Source of the DNA: a virus | Lineage: Duplodnaviria > Heunggongvirae > Uroviricota > Caudoviricetes | DNA: 15,718 nt | Virus record (IMG/VR): IMGVR_UViG_3300029504_000114 | Span: 1-15,718 of that record | Direction: 5' to 3' (one strand) | In this document: positions 1 to 8,273 of the stretch, piece by piece | Numbering within the stretch: position 1 is the stretch's first letter | How the letters are laid out: every line of letters begins with the position of its first letter | Notes under the pieces: model-generated | Told to the model about the DNA's origin: nothing | Databases searched by the model: none | The model's input: only the letters and a program-made list of their open reading frames with translations | Position numbers and translations under genes: made by a program

Positions 1-1053
1 TTACGGGGTAATGCCAACCGCTGCCGCCACTTTGTCGCCACTTGGCAGCGTTGCCAGAGGATTGAAACGGAGCGCCGTTTCCAGATGATCCGGTGCCAGA
101 TGTGCGTAACGCATAGTCATTTTTATATCGTGGTGTCCGAGAATTTTTTGTAAGGCCAGAATGTTTCCACCCGACATCATGAAGTGCGCCGCAAACGTAT
201 GGCGCAGAACGTGTGTGAGTTGACCGCGAGGGAGCACGATAGACGTTTTTTCCATCACGGATAAAAATTGAAAATAGCAGTCTGTGAAGAAATTGAACCC
301 ATCAAGCGCCATGATCTCTTCGTAAAGCTCTTTACTGATAGGGATGCTTCTGTTTTTCTTCCCCTTCGTTCTTACAAAGGTAATTCGGTATTTGGTCACC
401 TGTGAACGAGTAAGATTTACGGCTTCTCGCCAGCGTGCGCCTGTGCTTAAGCATATCTTAACTACCAGTGCCAGAATTGGGTCCTGACGTTTGCAATCAG
501 CCAGTAATTCAACAATCTGCTCATGGGTAAGCCATGCCATCTCTTTTTCTGCGATGGTGAATTTTCGCATGTTCTCCAGTGGGTTCGGATACGACCATTC
601 GCCCAGGCGGGATAGTTCGCTAAAAACACTACTTAGATAGCTTTGCTCCAGGTTAATGGTGACCGGGCTTGCTCCTTTCTTCCATTTCTCGCTGAAGTAG
701 ATCTCACCTGTCAGGCGTTTATCTCGATAGTGGGCAAACATTTTAGAGGTTAGATCAGTTGCAAGGGGATTGCCCAGAGCGTCAACCATCAGCAGCAATT
801 TGTCATAGACATGCTGCCCAGCTGTCAGTGATTTACCATGTAGTTTGAACCATAGCTCAACCACGTCTTTCAGTGTTCGACGATCCACTGATTCTCCCAG
901 CCAGGGCTTTGCTTCGGTTTCTTCCATCGTATGGCGCTCAAAAGCCAGAGCTTCGCCTTTGGTGGCGAATTGTTTACGCACACGACGCCCACTACGTCCG
1001 GCGGGGTAACATTCGCAAAGCCATTTTCCTGTGGTGAGTTTTCGTACTGCCAT
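1..1053 (-). CDS. int: Phage tyrosine integrase (P2/186 Int-like)
   Basis: ORF 1..1131 (-); likely start is the Met of MAVRKLTTGKW at 1053, preceded by GGAGGG. C-terminal catalytic-region features (R...HxxR...Y: LRHTFAAHF..., MRYAHL). Stop TAA at 1-3. Confidence 0.9.
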   Translation of the reverse strand: MAVRKLTTGKWLCECYPAGRSGRRVRKQFATKGEALAFERHTMEETEAKPWLGESVDRRTLKDVVELWFKLHGKSLTAGQHVYDKLLLMVDALGNPLATDLTSKMFAHYRDKRLTGEIYFSEKWKKGASPVTINLEQSYLSSVFSELSRLGEWSYPNPLENMRKFTIAEKEMAWLTHEQIVELLADCKRQDPILALVVKICLSTGARWREAVNLTRSQVTKYRITFVRTKGKKNRSIPISKELYEEIMALDGFNFFTDCYFQFLSVMEKTSIVLPRGQLTHVLRHTFAAHFMMSGGNILALQKILGHHDIKMTMRYAHLAPDHLETALRFNPLATLPSGDKVAAAVGITP

Positions 1054-1239
1054 AAAAAATGCCCTCCAATAGAGAGCATTTTTACTGTATATATAACCAG
1101 TGTCAATGTATGAAATCCTGCGACCATACATCTCACTGAAGCCATAATGAAGTTGGCTATTTTTTGCTATGTGAGTATGTGACTTTTGCGGTTAGCCTGC
1201 GGCTCATTGTTATATTAGGCGCAGATATAAAAGCAAAAT

Positions 1240-1431
1240 TTATCGCGAGTTTTTAGTACAGATTTTTTTTGATTTACTAATAGTTCCATCATTGCAAACG
1301 AACTTTCCATCGGAGGTACAGTGAGAGACACCTCCCTTTTTCCCAGAACAAGGATAATTTTTAGCATAGGTAGTTAGTGGGTTTAATAACAAAGAGCATG
1401 ATAAAACCACAAAAAATACCTTACCAAGCAT
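1240..1431 (-). CDS. Small secreted cysteine-rich protein (signal peptide + ~40 aa mature part with 4 Cys), unknown function; moron candidate
   Basis: Strong RBS (GGGAGGAAA, 5 nt before ATG on minus strand); N-terminal hydrophobic signal-like stretch [23 protein letters not shown]; lies in an AT-rich segment between cI and int. Confidence 0.5.
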   Translation of the reverse strand: MLGKVFFVVLSCSLLLNPLTTYAKNYPCSGKKGGVSHCTSDGKFVCNDGTISKSKKICTKNSR

Positions 1432-1446
1432 AGTTTCCTCCCGGTA

Positions 1447-2022
1447 TTACCTAACGTACTTAATTGTTAAACTTATAATTTTCCCAATTATTTCAACATC
1501 TTCTATCTTGCACTCGAAGGCTCTGTTTCCACCTTCAACGAAGATTCTTCCACCGGGTAAACGAGTAATGTCGCGGATTGTTATTTCGCCATCAATACTT
1601 ATTACCCATTTACCGTCACGTATATCATCAAATTCTTTATCACAAATAAATTCAGAATTGTTATCTGTGATGACAAAAGGTTTTTTAAACGTAGAGGGTA
1701 GAAATCCCTTATCAAAAATATAAAAACCGTCTTCACGCAAGGCACCATCAGATAATACATATTTAGCAACTTCCATAGTATTTGTATTACCTGAAGTTTG
1801 CTTTGAACCATGTCCGGTTGTGAGCCAATTAAGCGAGGTGCCCGTTTCAAGGGCGCACTGGATTACCCATTCTGCTGGGAATGAGTCACGCATGTAGCGT
1901 GTGGCGAGTGTACTTTTAGAGATTCCTAAATGATCGCACAACGCCTGTCGAGTTTTGAATCCATAAGCTTCTACCATGCGCTCTATAGCGCCTCGTCCGC
2001 CTTTCTCCAAATTCATGGTCAC
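1447..2022 (-). CDS. cI: CI-type immunity repressor (phage 186 CI-like, ~190 aa)
   Basis: 191 aa, divergent from the early operon; N-terminal HTH-like region (ERMVEAYGFKTRQALCDHLGISKSTLATRYMR) and overall resemblance to 186 CI as recalled; position between int and apl/cox. Confidence 0.8.
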   Translation of the reverse strand: MTMNLEKGGRGAIERMVEAYGFKTRQALCDHLGISKSTLATRYMRDSFPAEWVIQCALETGTSLNWLTTGHGSKQTSGNTNTMEVAKYVLSDGALREDGFYIFDKGFLPSTFKKPFVITDNNSEFICDKEFDDIRDGKWVISIDGEITIRDITRLPGGRIFVEGGNRAFECKIEDVEIIGKIISLTIKYVR

Positions 2023-2040
2023 TCCAAGTGAACTTTTATC

Positions 2041-2069
2041 TTGACGATTTCACTGTGCGATCGTATGTT
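2041..2069 (+). promoter_or_regulatory. Candidate rightward early promoter (pR-like) in the cI / apl switch region
   Basis: TTGACG (2041-2046), 17-bp spacer, TATGTT (2064-2069); inverted GTGAAC...GTTCAC motifs flank it (possible operator). Confidence 0.4.
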
Positions 2070-2141
2070 TATGGTGTTCACAAAATACAAACGATCCGTA
2101 TTCGTCCTGATTAATCATCATTAAACGAGGAATGTTGCATC

Positions 2142-2363
2142 ATGAGACCTAACATTTCAATCACTCTTACCACGCCTCATGTGACTATTGAACGCTATAG
2201 CGAGCTGACAGGGCTGTCCATCGATACCATCAATGACATGTTGGCTGACGGACGCCTTATCCGTCACCGTCTGCGCAAAGATAAAAAACGTGAAAAAGTG
2301 ATGATCAACATAGCAGCCATGACCGTTGATGCGCTTTCAGAATGCAATCTAAACCTTAATTAG
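2142..2363 (+). CDS. Apl/Cox-like small HTH protein (excisionase / early repressor)
   Basis: 73 aa, first gene of the rightward operon divergent from cI; HTH-like segment [21 protein letters not shown]; RBS GAGGA upstream. Confidence 0.6.
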   Translation: MRPNISITLTTPHVTIERYSELTGLSIDTINDMLADGRLIRHRLRKDKKREKVMINIAAMTVDALSECNLNLN

Positions 2364-2395
2364 TTCGATTCTGAAATACATCAGAGGCATTGACC

Positions 2396-2905
2396 ATGTT
2401 TGATTACCAAGTTTCCAAACATCCACATTTTGATGAAGCCTGTCGTGCATTCGCATTGCGCCACAACCTAGTGCAACTGGCAGAACGTGCAGGCATGAAT
2501 GTGCAGATTCTGCGGAACAAGCTGAACCCAGCTCAACCTCATTTATTAACCGCACCAGAAATCTGGTTGCTTACCGATCTGACTGAAGATTCAACGCTGG
2601 TAGATGGCTTTCTGGCACAGATTCACTGCCTGCCATGTGTACCGATTAATGAGGTGGCAAAAGAGAAACTGCCGCATTACGTCATGAGTGCAACTGCAGA
2701 GATAGGGCGTGTCGCGGCAGGTGCGGTTTCTGGTGATGTAAAAACCAGTGCAGGCCGTCGTGATGCGATCAGCAGCATTAACTCTGTTACACGACTGATG
2801 GCGCTGGCTGCTGTTTCATTGCAGGCCCGTTTACAGGCTAATCCTGCGATGGCGAGTGCAGTTGATACCGTGACTGGCCTCGGTGCTTCATTCGGTTTGC
2901 TGTGA
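2396..2905 (+). CDS. cII: CII-like phage regulatory protein (186 CII family)
   Basis: ORF 2390..2905; start probably MFDYQ at 2396 (RBS CAGAGG). Sequence recalled as close to 186 CII. Confidence 0.8.
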   Translation: MFDYQVSKHPHFDEACRAFALRHNLVQLAERAGMNVQILRNKLNPAQPHLLTAPEIWLLTDLTEDSTLVDGFLAQIHCLPCVPINEVAKEKLPHYVMSATAEIGRVAAGAVSGDVKTSAGRRDAISSINSVTRLMALAAVSLQARLQANPAMASAVDTVTGLGASFGLL

Positions 2906-2912
2906 GGTGCTT

Positions 2913-3113
2913 ATGCTGACGAAAGAACCATCATTTGCATCGCTGCTGGTAAAACAAAGCCCGGCAATGCACTACGGTCACGGCTGGATCATGGGTGAGG
3001 ATGGTAAACGCTGGCATCCGTGCCGTTCACAAGATGAATTGCTGGCAGAACTATCTACGAAAAAACGGGGGAACAAATGGCTATTGAAGGCGCTGCGGCG
3101 ACTGTTCCATTAA
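2913..3113 (+). CDS. Hypothetical small early protein (occupies the position of 186 fil)
   Basis: ATG at 2913 preceded by GAGGTG; 66 aa; assignment is positional only. Confidence 0.4.
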   Translation: MLTKEPSFASLLVKQSPAMHYGHGWIMGEDGKRWHPCRSQDELLAELSTKKRGNKWLLKALRRLFH

Positions 3114-3418
3114 GCCCCGGTGAACGCCTGAATGGACTTAATCACATAGCGGAATTAAGGGCGAAAGTTTTTGGCCTGAATATTGAGTCAGAGCTTGAGC
3201 GGTTTATTAAAGATATGCGTGATCCACGGGATATCAATAACGAACAAAATAAACGAGCACTGGCAGCCATATTCTTTATGGCAAAAATTCCGGCTGAACG
3301 TCATAGCATCAGCATTAATGAGCTGACCACTGACGAAAAGCGGGAGTTGATTAAAGCAATGAATCATTTTCGTGCAGTGGTGAGCTTATTTCCCAGACGG
3401 CTAACCATGCCGAATTAA
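3077..3418 (+). CDS. Hypothetical early protein (occupies the position of 186 dhr)
   Basis: 113 aa ORF with GGGGGA RBS; overlaps the upstream ORF by 37 nt; no recognisable motif. Confidence 0.5.
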   Translation: MAIEGAAATVPLSPGERLNGLNHIAELRAKVFGLNIESELERFIKDMRDPRDINNEQNKRALAAIFFMAKIPAERHSISINELTTDEKRELIKAMNHFRAVVSLFPRRLTMPN

Positions 3419-3479
3419 CCAACCAATGAAATTAATGGCGTAAACCCGCCGGGCATCCCTTTATCTAAATTCAGGAGAA

Positions 3480-3719
3480 TTGATTATGCGTAATATTGAA
3501 ACCCTCTCGACCAAAACCGGACCGGATGACGCAGGGCTTAATATTTTACTGACAGAGGCTCGTCTGGAAGAACGCCGGGCAAGGGCTGAAGCAATGGCAG
3601 CTCGCCTTGATAGCCTGGCGTGTCATATCACATCCCGCCAGCTAACCCACGTCGAAGCGGCAGAACTGCTTCGTGTGACTGCTGAAGCAATCCAGAACGA
3701 AGCGCAGGAGATCCACTAA
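3480..3719 (+). CDS. Hypothetical phage protein (P2 orf80/81-like position)
   Basis: 79 aa, RBS CAGGAGA; stop overlaps the next start (TAATG). Confidence 0.5.
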   Translation: MIMRNIETLSTKTGPDDAGLNILLTEARLEERRARAEAMAARLDSLACHITSRQLTHVEAAELLRVTAEAIQNEAQEIH

Positions 3720-3946
3720 TGGCTGATGCAATGGATCTCGTACAGCAGCGCGTTGAAGAAGAACGCCAACGCCATATCCGTGCTGCCCGTGCCAAAACGC
3801 CGGGCGTGTCCCGCGTGCTTTGCATTGAGTGTGAAGCGCCAATTCCGCCAGCACGCCGCCGTGCCATTCCGGGTGTGCAGCTTTGCATTACCTGTCAGGA
3901 AATCGCAGAGCTGAAAGGCAAACATTACAACGGAGGTGCTGTATGA
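3719..3946 (+). CDS. TraR/DksA-family C4 zinc-finger protein
   Basis: 75 aa with CIEC...(17 aa)...CITC four-cysteine motif; typical phage TraR-like position upstream of the replication gene. Confidence 0.7.
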   Translation: MADAMDLVQQRVEEERQRHIRAARAKTPGVSRVLCIECEAPIPPARRRAIPGVQLCITCQEIAELKGKHYNGGAV

Positions 3947-4800
3947 GCACCATCCTGAAATGGGCGGGAAATAAAACTGCCATAATGTCCGAACTGAAAA
4001 AACATCTTCCTGCTGGCCCGCGACTGGTTGAACCTTTCGCGGGTTCCTGTGCTGTGATGATGGAGACGGATTATCCCAGCTATCTGGTTGCGGATATTAA
4101 TCCTGATTTAATCAACCTCTATAAAAAGGTTGCCGCTGATTGTGAATCGTTTATATCTCGCGCCAGAGTTTTATTTGAGATCGCAAACAGGGAGGTGGCT
4201 TATTACAACATAAGGCAGGAGTTTAATTACTCAACTGAAATTACTGATTTCATGAAAGCGGTATATTTCCTGTATCTCAATCGTCACGGTTACCGTGGTT
4301 TATGTCGCTATAACAAGAGCGGGCATTTCAACATTCCCTACGGTAATTATAAAAATCCGTATTTCCCTGAAAAAGAAATTCGCGCATTTGCAGAAAAGGC
4401 CCAGCGAGCAACGTTTATCTGCGCCAGCTTTGATGAAACGCTGGCGATGTTGAAGGCGGGGGATGTGGTGTATTGCGATCCGCCGTATGACGGTACGTTT
4501 TCCGGCTATCACACTGACGGCTTCACTGAAGATGACCAGTATCACCTGGCATCTGTTCTTGAACATCGGTCATCAGAAGGACATCCGGTCATTGTTTCTA
4601 ACAGTGACACATCCCTGATCCGTTCGCTGTATCGCAATTTTACTCACCACTACATCAAGGCAAAACGCAGCATCGGTGTGGCAGCTGGCGAGGGTAAATC
4701 AGCAACAGAAATCATTGCTGTTTCCGAGCCGCGCTGCTGGGTGGGATTTGATTATTCGCGTGGCGTGGATAGTTCTGCCGTGTACGGAGTACGTGCATGA
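3943..4800 (+). CDS. dam: DNA adenine methyltransferase (Dam-like, GATC-specific family)
   Basis: Start [11 protein letters not shown] (ATGA overlap with upstream stop); DPPY catalytic motif encoded at 4477-4488; ORF 3883..4800 trimmed to the Met with the coupled start. Confidence 0.85.
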   Translation: MSTILKWAGNKTAIMSELKKHLPAGPRLVEPFAGSCAVMMETDYPSYLVADINPDLINLYKKVAADCESFISRARVLFEIANREVAYYNIRQEFNYSTEITDFMKAVYFLYLNRHGYRGLCRYNKSGHFNIPYGNYKNPYFPEKEIRAFAEKAQRATFICASFDETLAMLKAGDVVYCDPPYDGTFSGYHTDGFTEDDQYHLASVLEHRSSEGHPVIVSNSDTSLIRSLYRNFTHHYIKAKRSIGVAAGEGKSATEIIAVSEPRCWVGFDYSRGVDSSAVYGVRA

Positions 4801-7211
4801 GTCATGCCGATATGAACAACTGCTGCGGCTTTAACGAAGCTGCCGCATCGTTCTCATGGAACAGCCCGAAAAAGGCCATTAACCCTTATCTGGACCCGGT
4901 GGAAGTTGCGCCGGTTTCTACGCTTTCAAACCTGATCACTCTGTACGCTGCCGATAACGAGCAGGAACAGCTGCGCCGTGAGGCGCTGAGTGATCAGGTC
5001 TGGGAGCGTTATTTCTTTAATGAATCCCGTGATCCTGTCCAGCGCGAAATGGAACAGGATAAGCTCATTAGTCGGGCAAAGCTGGCGCATGAGCAGCAGC
5101 GTTTTAATCCGGATATGGTCATTCTGGCGGACGTCAACGCCCAGCCTTCCCATATCAGCAAGCCGCTGATGCAACGTATTGAATACTTCAGCAGCCTGGG
5201 CAGGCCAAAGGCTTATTCCCGCTATTTACGTGAGACGATTAAGCCATGTTTGGAACGACTGGAGCATGTACGCGACAGTCAGCTATCTGCATCTTTTCGC
5301 TTTATGGCAAGCCATGAAGGGCTGGACGGCCTGCTGATCCTGCCTGAAATGAGTCAGGATCAGGTGAAACGCCTGTCTACCTTGGTAGCTGCGCATATGA
5401 GTATGTGCCTTGATGCCGCTTGTGGCGATTTGTATGCCACCGATGACGTTAAGCCAGAAGAAATCCGCAATACATGGGAAAGGGTGGCAGCGGAAACCCT
5501 GCGTCTGGATGTCATCCCGCCTGCGTTTGAGCAACTCCGTCGGAAAAGAAACCGCCGTAAACCCGTGCCCTATGAACTCATTCCGGGTTCGCTGGCGCGT
5601 ATGTTGTGCGCCGACTGGTGGTATCGGAAATTATGGAAGATGCGTTGCGAATGGCGGGAAGAGCAGTTGCGTGCAGTCTGCCTTGTCAGCAAAAAAGCAT
5701 CTCCTTATGTCAGCTATGAAGCCGTGATGCATAAACGTGAGCAGCGCCGTAAGTCGCTGGAGTTTTTCCGTTCTCATGAGCTGGTGAACGAAGACGGCGA
5801 CACGCTGGACATGGAGGATGTGGTAAACGCCAGCAGCAGCAACCCAGCGCATCGCCGCAATGAGATGATGGCCTGTGTTAAAGGTCTGGAGCTTATCGCG
5901 GAAATGCGCGGTGACTGCGCCGTTTTCTACACCATCACCTGTCCGTCACGTTTCCATTCCACGCTAAATAACGGCAGGCCCAACCCAACCTGGACAAATG
6001 CGACGGTAAGACAAAGCAGTGATTATCTGGTCGGCATGTTTGCTGCATTTCGTAAGGCGATGCACAAAGCCGGATTGCGGTGGTATGGCGTGCGGGTGGC
6101 TGAGCCGCATCATGACGGTACAGTTCACTGGCACCTGTTGTGTTTTATGCGCAAAAAAGACCGCCGCACCATCACTGCATTACTGCGTAAGTTTGCCATC
6201 CGTGAAGACCGCGAGGAGCTGGGCAATAACACTGGGCCGCGCTTTAAGTCTGAGTTGATTAACCCGCGCAAAGGTACGCCAACAAGCTACATCGCGAAAT
6301 ACATCAGTAAGAACATTGACGGGCGTGGTCTGGCTGGCGAGATCAGCAAGGAAACGGGGAAATCCCTGCGTGATAATGCTGAATACGTTAATGCCTGGGC
6401 GTCTCTGCATCGTGTTCAGCAATTCCGCTTCTTTGGCATTCCGGGGCGTCAGGCTTACCGTGAACTGCGATTGCTGGCTGGTCAGGCGGCAAGGCAACAG
6501 GGGGACAAAAAAGCAGGTGCGCCGGTACTGGATAACCCGCGCCTTGATGCCATTCTGGCTGCTGCTGATGCTGGTTGTTTTGCCACCTACATCATGAAGC
6601 AGGGTGGCGTACTGGTTCCCCGCAAATATCACCTCATCAGAACTGCTTATGAAATCAACGAAGAGCCGACCGCCTATGGCGATCACGGCATTCGTATTTA
6701 TGGCATCTGGTCACCTATTGCAGAGGGCAAGATCTGCACTCATGCCGTGAAGTGGAAAATGGTTCGTAAGGCCGTTGACGTTCAGGAGGCGGCAGCCGAC
6801 CAGGGCGCTTGCGCCCCTTGGACTCGTGGCAATAACTGTCCCCTTGCTGAAAATTTGAACCAACAAGGGAAAGACAAATCAGCTGATGGGGATACCAGAA
6901 CGGACATTACCCGCATGGATGACAAGGAGTTGCACGATTACCTGCACAGTATGAGCAAAAAAGAGCGCCGGGAACTGGCTGCAAGGTTACGCCTGGTGAA
7001 ACCGAAACGGCGTAAAGACTACAAACAGCGAATTACAGACCATCAGCGACAGCAGCTTGTCTATGAGCTGAAGTCCAGAGGATTTGATGGTAGCGAGAAA
7101 GAGGTCGATTTACTCCTTCGCGGCGGCAGTATTCCGTCAGGAGCAGGCCTGCGTATCTTCTATCGGAACCAGCGTTTGCAGGAAGATGATAAGTGGCGGG
7201 ATCTGTATTAA
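4797..7211 (+). CDS. A: Replication initiation protein A (P2 gpA-type rolling-circle endonuclease)
   Basis: 804 aa; motifs [15 protein letters not shown] and [12 protein letters not shown] characteristic of P2/186 gpA; ATGA overlap with dam. Confidence 0.9.
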   Translation: MSHADMNNCCGFNEAAASFSWNSPKKAINPYLDPVEVAPVSTLSNLITLYAADNEQEQLRREALSDQVWERYFFNESRDPVQREMEQDKLISRAKLAHEQQRFNPDMVILADVNAQPSHISKPLMQRIEYFSSLGRPKAYSRYLRETIKPCLERLEHVRDSQLSASFRFMASHEGLDGLLILPEMSQDQVKRLSTLVAAHMSMCLDAACGDLYATDDVKPEEIRNTWERVAAETLRLDVIPPAFEQLRRKRNRRKPVPYELIPGSLARMLCADWWYRKLWKMRCEWREEQLRAVCLVSKKASPYVSYEAVMHKREQRRKSLEFFRSHELVNEDGDTLDMEDVVNASSSNPAHRRNEMMACVKGLELIAEMRGDCAVFYTITCPSRFHSTLNNGRPNPTWTNATVRQSSDYLVGMFAAFRKAMHKAGLRWYGVRVAEPHHDGTVHWHLLCFMRKKDRRTITALLRKFAIREDREELGNNTGPRFKSELINPRKGTPTSYIAKYISKNIDGRGLAGEISKETGKSLRDNAEYVNAWASLHRVQQFRFFGIPGRQAYRELRLLAGQAARQQGDKKAGAPVLDNPRLDAILAAADAGCFATYIMKQGGVLVPRKYHLIRTAYEINEEPTAYGDHGIRIYGIWSPIAEGKICTHAVKWKMVRKAVDVQEAAADQGACAPWTRGNNCPLAENLNQQGKDKSADGDTRTDITRMDDKELHDYLHSMSKKERRELAARLRLVKPKRRKDYKQRITDHQRQQLVYELKSRGFDGSEKEVDLLLRGGSIPSGAGLRIFYRNQRLQEDDKWRDLY

Positions 7212-7302
7212 TTACGCGGGTTAACAATTCGTGCTCTTAATAATACCAGGCATATCAGGCTGATGAACGTAAAAAACGTTTTACATCAGTAAGATTATTA
7301 TA

Positions 7303-7322
7303 TACTGTAAATATAAACAGTG
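7303..7322. promoter_or_regulatory. LexA (SOS) box
   Basis: TACTGTAAATATAAACAGTG: CTGT-N8-ACAG at 7305-7320, ~45 bp upstream of the 62-aa ORF; an adjacent partial site ATGTATACAGTA lies at 7326-7337. Confidence 0.6.
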
Positions 7323-7362
7323 GATATGTATACAGTATTGCTTTGGTGTCATAGGAGGAAAG

Positions 7363-7551
7363 ATGCAGGACTATTTTTTGGAGTCTTTGAAGCTCCAGCG
7401 CATTGATTTTTTTCTTAAGCTTGTGGCGGCTAGTGAGTGTAGTGATGAAGAGAAGGGGCTGGCTCTGCAGTGGGTTTCTGAATTGACTGATGAACTCATG
7501 GCAAAAATCAGAACCCACGAATACAACCGCTCAATGGATGTCATCAGCTGA
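7363..7551 (+). CDS. Small protein, possible N-terminal part of a split Tum-like antirepressor
   Basis: 62 aa with strong RBS AGGAGG; directly downstream of the LexA box and upstream of the DinI-like ORF. Confidence 0.45.
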   Translation: MQDYFLESLKLQRIDFFLKLVAASECSDEEKGLALQWVSELTDELMAKIRTHEYNRSMDVIS

Positions 7552-7561
7552 GGTGACTTTT

Positions 7562-7795
7562 ATGCGCATTGAAATAATGATCGATAAAGAGCAGAAGATT
7601 AGCCAGTCTACCCTGGACGCCCTTGAATCCGAGCTTTACCGCAATCTGCGCCCCCTGTATCCCAAAACGGTAATTCGCATTCGCAAAGGTAGCTCTAACG
7701 GGGTGGAACTAACCGGACTGCAACTGGACGAAGAAAGAAAACAAGTGATGAAAATTATGCAGAAGGTGTGGGAAGACGACAGCTGGCTGCATTAA
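7562..7795 (+). CDS. DinI-like protein (Tum C-terminal domain-like)
   Basis: Start MRIEIMIDKEQ at 7562 with RBS GAGGTG; 77 aa; DinI-family pattern (MRIE... near N-terminus, ...WEDDSWLH at C-terminus). Confidence 0.75.
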   Translation: MRIEIMIDKEQKISQSTLDALESELYRNLRPLYPKTVIRIRKGSSNGVELTGLQLDEERKQVMKIMQKVWEDDSWLH

Positions 7796-7930
7796 GAAAC
7801 GTTGCTGGCGTCTGAACTTGCTTCTGGCGTCAGCAAGGTTGAACAACGAGCCCTTGCGAGGCGTTAGCTCTGTAGTGCATGTCTATGCCGCATGAGATCG
7901 CATGATCGTTTGAGGATCGTTTTTGCTAAG

Positions 7931-7954
7931 GCCCGCCAGAACTGGCGGGCTTTT
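7931..7954 (+). terminator. Rho-independent terminator after the tum/dinI-like operon
   Basis: GCCCGCCAG / CTGGCGGGC perfect 9-bp stem followed by TTTTG. Confidence 0.6.
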
Positions 7955-8026
7955 GCGTAGATCATGCAGGTGCATGAAAACCACTACATAAAGCGGGCAG
8001 GCGTGGCGGGGATACGAGCGCGCGCC

Positions 8027-8055
8027 TTGCCTTATATCTATTTGTTCATTAAAAT
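8027..8055 (+). promoter_or_regulatory. Candidate promoter for the retron ncRNA/RT operon
   Basis: TTGCCT (8027-8032), 17-bp spacer, TAAAAT (8050-8055); predicted start near 8062. Confidence 0.3.
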
Positions 8056-8061
8056 CATTAT

Positions 8062-8218
8062 GCTCTTTAGTGTAGGAACATTGGTTCCAGCCGGGTGATT
8101 AGCCAGGCTTAAATTTATTGTCCGGTTTAGGGTTGCGAAAGACACAGATTTCTCCTTCGCATCCCTGCCCGGGGCAGATATGCGAAGGAGAAATCTGTGT
8201 CTTTCGCTGTCTTTAGTG
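8062..8218 (+). ncRNA. Candidate retron msr-msd non-coding RNA (exact ends and a1/a2 unresolved)
   Basis: Non-coding segment directly upstream of the retron-type RT; small stem-loop GGAAC-ATTG-GTTCC (8075-8088) then a 73-nt near-perfect hairpin (8135-8207); bounded by a 9-bp direct repeat TCTTTAGTG (8064-8072 and 8210-8218). Confidence 0.55.
8135..8207. repeat. Long near-perfect inverted repeat / hairpin (candidate msd stem-loop of msDNA)
   Basis: GCGAAAGACACAGATTTCTCCTTCGCAT (8135-8162) is the exact reverse complement of 8180-8207; the centre CTGCCC-G-GGGCAG is itself palindromic. Confidence 0.9.
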
Positions 8219-8273
8219 AAGAGTCAAAGCGCTATGTAAAGTTGCATAGCGCTTTGGTTTTAAGAGGGGTTAT

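Noticed and set aside
1054-1131. N-terminal extension of the integrase ORF (MYGRRISYIDTG...) in the six-frame track
   Set aside because: The conserved integrase N-terminus begins at MAVRK (1053), which has a GGAGGG RBS; the extension has none and would overlap the AT-rich upstream region.
870-1850. ORFs overlapping int and cI on either strand (870..1145 -, 931..1113 +, 1508..1723 +, 1602..1850 -)
   Set aside because: Fully embedded in or antisense to well-supported genes, no RBS or recognisable motifs; typical shadow ORFs.
2349-2555. 68-aa minus-strand ORF overlapping the cII start
   Set aside because: Antisense to the CII-like gene; no RBS or motif.
3628-3925. Minus-strand and alternative-frame ORFs (3628..3888, 3642..3854, 3716..3925, 3726..3914) in the TraR/orf79 region
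   Set aside because: GC-rich region gives long open frames on several strands; the + strand TraR-like ORF has the zinc-finger motif and coupled start, the others have neither.
4300-7227. Multiple ORFs inside or antisense to dam and A (e.g. 4300..4566, 4926..5174, 5283..5534, 5410..5727, 5631..5852, 6019..6258, 6180..6686, 6316..6597, 7033..7227)
   Set aside because: All lie within the continuous Dam and gpA reading frames; no independent support.
7255-7518. 87-aa minus-strand ORF across the LexA box and tum-like start
   Set aside because: Antisense to an RBS-supported + strand ORF and spans the promoter/operator; implausible as a gene.
7800-7840. Direct repeat CTGGCGTC (twice, 17 bp apart) after the DinI-like stop
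   Set aside because: Short, not clearly palindromic, no obvious function; could be chance.
8064-8218. TCTTTAGTG copies at 8064-8072 and 8210-8218 as the retron a1/a2 repeats
   Set aside because: They are direct, not inverted, so they cannot form the a1/a2 duplex; kept only as a boundary observation. Other inverted matches between flanks are 6 bp or less.
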